Positions 60,153 through 64,000 of a stretch of DNA of 64,000 nucleotides are shown here, in pieces. Origin of the DNA: Promethearchaeia archaeon (GTDB lineage Archaea > Asgardarchaeota > Lokiarchaeia > Sigyniarchaeales > SOKP01). The position numbers and the translations under genes are program-made. Each line of letters opens with the position of its first letter. Position 1 is the stretch's first letter. The stretch covers positions 1-64,000 of the forward strand of contig JAWOCD010000056.1 of the NCBI GenBank assembly GCA_046483985.1. Direction: 5' to 3'. Below the pieces are notes generated by a model. That model was not told the DNA's origin, did not search any database, and saw only the letters and a program-made list of their open reading frames with translations.

Positions 60153-60674
60153 ATGAAAACTGCAAACTCAATCACTTTAATTGGGATGCCTGGCTCTGGA
60201 AAAACCACAATAGGACAAAAAATTGCACAGAAACTTCAATATAAGTTCATAGATACCGATGATTATATAGTAGAAAAAGAAAACATGGAGCTACAGCAGA
60301 TTATAAATAAGGAAGGTATAGATGCTTTTTGTGAAATTGAGGAAAAGCGAGTTTTAGAATTACTCCCATTGAAGAAGTATGTAATTGCCCCTGGTGGAAG
60401 TATTATTTATTCTAAGAAGGTTATGGACATCCTAAAGAAAAATAGTATCCTTATTTTTTTAGATGTTCCCCTTAACATATTAAAAGCAAGATTACATAAT
60501 ATGGAAACCCGGGGTATAGTGGGACTGCATTCGAAATCCCTAAAAACATTATACAAAGAGAGGATACCCTTGTATCGAAAATATGCTGATTGTGTTGTCC
60601 CATGTGAAAATAAATCACCTAACACCATAATAACTGAGATCTTGGCCAGGTTAGATCGAATTAGATCGAAATAA
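60153..60674 (+). CDS. aroK: Shikimate kinase, bacterial AroK type
   Basis: LIGMPGSGKTT, FIDTD, F..IE, APGGS, ER.PLY..YAD. Confidence 0.8.
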   Translation: MKTANSITLIGMPGSGKTTIGQKIAQKLQYKFIDTDDYIVEKENMELQQIINKEGIDAFCEIEEKRVLELLPLKKYVIAPGGSIIYSKKVMDILKKNSILIFLDVPLNILKARLHNMETRGIVGLHSKSLKTLYKERIPLYRKYADCVVPCENKSPNTIITEILARLDRIRSK

Positions 60675-60809
60675 ATTCTGTTATTAATGAACACCCTCAC
60701 CATCAGAAAACTGCAAATAAGATTATTTTTTTTTTAGAATGCCTTATATGTTTTCTAAAACTTAATTATTATGATTATTCTTTTATAGAACAAAATAAAA
60801 AGAATCAAA

Positions 60810-62138
60810 ATGACGGAAAAAAAATCTGAAAAAAAGTTGGATGTAAAATTAATATCTTACATTGGGTTAGCATTTTTTACGACTGGAATTGCATGGGGTC
60901 TTTATGATACACAGGTGAATCAACAGTTACAGAACTATGTGGGATTACTATTATTTGTTGGTTTTTGGATGGCATTGGATAATATTATTGGTGTTTCTAT
61001 TCAACCTTTTATGGGAGCACTCTCTGATAACACTCGAACTCGGTTTGGAAGAAGGACTCCGTATATCATTGTAGGAATTATTGCCTCCGCTATTTTCTTT
61101 GCCTTAATACCGACGGGATTTGGAACTTCTTTCTGGATTTTGCTCCTCTGGATGTTCTTATTTGGAATCAGTATGGGGTTTTATCGCAGCCAAGCTGTAG
61201 CGTTGATGCCTGATTTTGTCAGACCCGAGAACCGGAGTAAAGCAAATGCCATTATTAATCTAATGGGAGGGGTGGGAGCCGTTGTTGCCTTTTCTCTCAG
61301 TTATCTAATTGACTATTGGGGCCATCAAGTTGTATTTCTCTTAGTTTCAATCATTATGTTGGTAGCCCTAGGAATTTTTCTCTGGAAAGTAAAGGAGACG
61401 GAGTCCTATAGTTACCAACTGTTGTTAGAAAAGGAGGGTAAAGCGAGTACAGAGTTGGAACCAGAAATTGGAAAGCCGAATTTAATACAGAGTCTTAAAG
61501 ACATCTGGAATGAGGATGACAAAAGTACCTTATTTATGCTTCTGGCGATCTTTTCATGGTTTATCGGATATCAAGGGATACAATCGCTTTTTACGATTTA
61601 TGGAACCAGCCCAGAAACCCTTAATTTAGAGGCGGGGTTTGCGGGATTTATGCTTAATTTTGTTGCAATCCCCTTTATTCTATTTGCGGTTCCCTCTGGG
61701 ATCATTGCTACAAAAATTGGGCGACGAATCACTATTAAAATAGGATTGGTCCTAATGTTCTCAAGCCTTGTAATTGGCTCTATAATAGTCCTCATTAGCC
61801 CGAACACGATAATTCTTATCATAGCCCTAGTTATGACTGGTATTGGATGGGCTCTGGTAAACGTAAATTCCATTGTGATTATCTGGGAACTTGCCCCTAC
61901 TATTGAGAAATTAGGAACATATACGGGGGTTTATTACTTTTTCAGTGTATTAGCCGCAATTATAGGCCCGGGAATTGTGGGACTTATTACGGATCTTACG
62001 GGGATCTCCTTTCTCCTGTTAAACGCCGCTGGCTTTTTAATTCTGGCCTTCATCTTTATGACGTTGGTTAAACGCGGGGAAGTCGAACTTACAGAAGAAG
62101 AAAGGATCGCCCGTCAAAAAGCCTTGCAAAAATTATAA
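60810..62138 (+). CDS. MFS sugar transporter (GPH/SLC45-like)
   Basis: DNIIG..IQP..GALSD.TRTRFGRR.PYI, RSKANAIINLMG; 12 TM segments. Confidence 0.88.
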   Translation: MTEKKSEKKLDVKLISYIGLAFFTTGIAWGLYDTQVNQQLQNYVGLLLFVGFWMALDNIIGVSIQPFMGALSDNTRTRFGRRTPYIIVGIIASAIFFALIPTGFGTSFWILLLWMFLFGISMGFYRSQAVALMPDFVRPENRSKANAIINLMGGVGAVVAFSLSYLIDYWGHQVVFLLVSIIMLVALGIFLWKVKETESYSYQLLLEKEGKASTELEPEIGKPNLIQSLKDIWNEDDKSTLFMLLAIFSWFIGYQGIQSLFTIYGTSPETLNLEAGFAGFMLNFVAIPFILFAVPSGIIATKIGRRITIKIGLVLMFSSLVIGSIIVLISPNTIILIIALVMTGIGWALVNVNSIVIIWELAPTIEKLGTYTGVYYFFSVLAAIIGPGIVGLITDLTGISFLLLNAAGFLILAFIFMTLVKRGEVELTEEERIARQKALQKL

Positions 62139-62343
62139 TCTTTCTCATTTCTTTTTTATAATCCTTTTTTTAGTTCCTACTTATGGGAAATACGTACTTA
62201 CAACTTATGAAACGAATTTGTATTGAGTTTAAAAAAATTGTACTTTGAATAATTATTAACAATTTTTAAATGGATTCGAAATCTTTCCTATACAGCAGTA
62301 ATTTTATATAATTATACAATCTTTCATTAAGAAGTGATTCTAA

Positions 62344-63228
62344 TTGATTCTAGAACCCGAATGTCTTGGCTGTATGATTGACCAAATATATAAAGCTTTG
62401 AAGATGCTGAAGCCCGATATTCCAAAAGAAGATATTATAAAAACCCAGCGGAAAATGATGAAATACCTCGCAAATACAGACATATTACATAAACCAGGTC
62501 CCCTAATTGGGAAAAAAACCTATGATTTGGTATCTGAAACGTTAAACGACCCCGATCCCTACAAGGATATAAAGCGTGAATATAACCAAATGGCCTTGAA
62601 ATACTTTGACCAGGCGAAAGAGATTGTAGAAAATGCAGAGGACCCAATATTTGAAGCAATTGCCGCTTCAGCGCTCGGTAATACTATCGATTTTGCGGCT
62701 CATCATGAAGTTGATCTGATTAAGGACATTAAAAATTTCTCAACTGATAACTTGAAAATTAATGATATTCCCGTTTTTAAGGAGTCCCTAAAAGAGACAG
62801 AGCAGATTCTAATCTTAGGCGATAATACCGGTGAAATCGTCTTTGATAAACTCCTAATTGAGACCCTCCAAGAACTTTATCCCGATCAAGAAATCATCTT
62901 TTCGGTAAGGGAAAATCCGATTATTAATGACGCCACCCGAGAAGATGCTGAATTTGTAGGGATTACGGATCTTGTAGAAGTAATTGAAGCCCCCGGGACT
63001 CCAGGAATAGAAATGTCAATTGCTTCAGACGAATTTAAGAAATACTTTTATAATGAAAAAGGGGTCATTCTTTCCAAAGGACAAGGAAACTTTGAGAGCT
63101 TATATCAAATAGAAATACCTAATAAGGATGTCTATTATCTCTTGAAGGCTAAATGCTCACTGATGGAACGGATCTTTGATGTTGAACTTGGGGACCTTAT
63201 TTTTAAAAAAAAAGCAGATGATCTTTAG
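62344..63228 (+). CDS. DUF89/ARMT1-like damage-control phosphatase
   Basis: EC..C, DPY...K, GN.ID, DNTGEIVFD, PIINDAT, SKGQGNFESL, KAKC. Confidence 0.92.
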   Translation: MILEPECLGCMIDQIYKALKMLKPDIPKEDIIKTQRKMMKYLANTDILHKPGPLIGKKTYDLVSETLNDPDPYKDIKREYNQMALKYFDQAKEIVENAEDPIFEAIAASALGNTIDFAAHHEVDLIKDIKNFSTDNLKINDIPVFKESLKETEQILILGDNTGEIVFDKLLIETLQELYPDQEIIFSVRENPIINDATREDAEFVGITDLVEVIEAPGTPGIEMSIASDEFKKYFYNEKGVILSKGQGNFESLYQIEIPNKDVYYLLKAKCSLMERIFDVELGDLIFKKKADDL

Positions 63229-63349
63229 GAAATTCAATTCATATTACCAATTCTAATCCAAGTTCCTTATTTTTAATCAATTCACAATGAGTTCCCCGAA
63301 TTTTTAAGAGTTAGCACAGCTAATAAGATAATGTGCCAAGGAGGATTAA

Positions 63350-63940
63350 ATGCCCAAATTTAACTTGCCTTATCAATTTGAGATAAGTATTATAATGGAA
63401 ATGGAGGATAAGCCGAATGAAGAACAACGCTTATATTTGAGAAAAGGGCATTCCGAAACATTTCACCATTTGCTCATCAAGATTTTAGCGTATTGCTTTT
63501 TCTGGAATGAGCCAGAACGATTAATCATTGAGCCGAGCTTTCGGTTTCGAGGATATAAGCCCGATTTACTCTCGCTTGTCCCTCCAGCCAATCCCCGCAA
63601 GTTAGAACAAGAGGTAGGTATTTGGGTTGAATGTAAAAATGTAACACTTAAAAAGTTAGAAAAACTATCTAAAGCACTTCCACGAAGCAAAATTTGCTGG
63701 TTTAATCTTGAATCCTCTTTCCGAGGGCTCTTTAAGAGTCTAAAACAACGAAAAAAGCTGTTCTCCCATAGGAACTTAAAATTAATAGGAATCAAGTTGG
63801 AAAAGGACGTTTATGAGTTCTTAGCTTATAATTTGGGACGGAAAAATCCGATATGGTATGTAAGTCGAAATCTCAATACTTTCGAGATATCCAACGGAAG
63901 TTGGATTAAAAATGTTGAATTCTTGAAGCTCCTTGAATAA
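63350..63940 (+). CDS. YaeQ-like PD-(D/E)xK fold protein
   Basis: SET..H...K.LAY, KPDL, WVEC....KKL.K. Confidence 0.65.
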   Translation: MPKFNLPYQFEISIIMEMEDKPNEEQRLYLRKGHSETFHHLLIKILAYCFFWNEPERLIIEPSFRFRGYKPDLLSLVPPANPRKLEQEVGIWVECKNVTLKKLEKLSKALPRSKICWFNLESSFRGLFKSLKQRKKLFSHRNLKLIGIKLEKDVYEFLAYNLGRKNPIWYVSRNLNTFEISNGSWIKNVEFLKLLE

Positions 63941-64000
63941 AGAGAGATCTCACCCATATCACCTATTTTGGGAAATCGAGAAATGGTTATTGGGTTTTTT

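Noticed and set aside
2324-63795. Numerous 60-140 aa ORFs nested in or antisense to long genes
   Set aside because: They overlap well-supported genes and show no motifs; treated as shadow ORFs.
1-64000. CRISPR arrays, tRNA/rRNA genes, integrases, prophage genes
   Set aside because: No regularly spaced repeats, T-loop/cloverleaf signatures or such ORFs were recognised by eye; tRNAscan-SE and Infernal would be needed to exclude small RNAs.

Overview
A 64-kb, AT-rich chromosomal window that reads as an Asgard archaeon of the Lokiarchaeia (inference). The supporting genes are a Rab-like small GTPase, two Roadblock/LC7 proteins, a vWA/double-C4HC3 zinc-finger protein, a 'FWGHCSNL'-domain TPR protein, archaeal-type MetRS and ThrRS editing domain, and large N-glycosylated surface proteins. 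Most genes are housekeeping or metabolic: sulfatase, RnfD/RnfC, MFS transporters, UDP-sugar dehydrogenases, M20/M28 peptidases, thiolase, ZIP, MscS, AroK-like kinase and DUF89. No rRNA, tRNA or CRISPR array was recognised. The most notable items are: (1) a two-gene membrane system with three TM-hairpin + left-handed beta-helix repeats, like the C-terminal part of poly-lysine synthetase but without A/T domains, next to a PIG-L deacetylase; (2) an unannotated 414-aa protein that keeps the RtcB catalytic residue set; (3) two sites where a gene is followed by foreign cargo and then a diverged copy of its own 3' end, a gene-capture footprint with no integrase; (4) an internally deleted IS200/IS605 (tnpB) element plus two solo ends, and IS1182/IS5-like remnants; (5) a 986-aa TrmB-like protein with four copies of an uncharacterised helical domain; (6) a divergent ScpA kleisin and an isolated RnfD-RnfC pair. 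Several single-base homopolymer frameshifts suggest consensus errors. All family assignments come from motif recognition by eye, not database searches.
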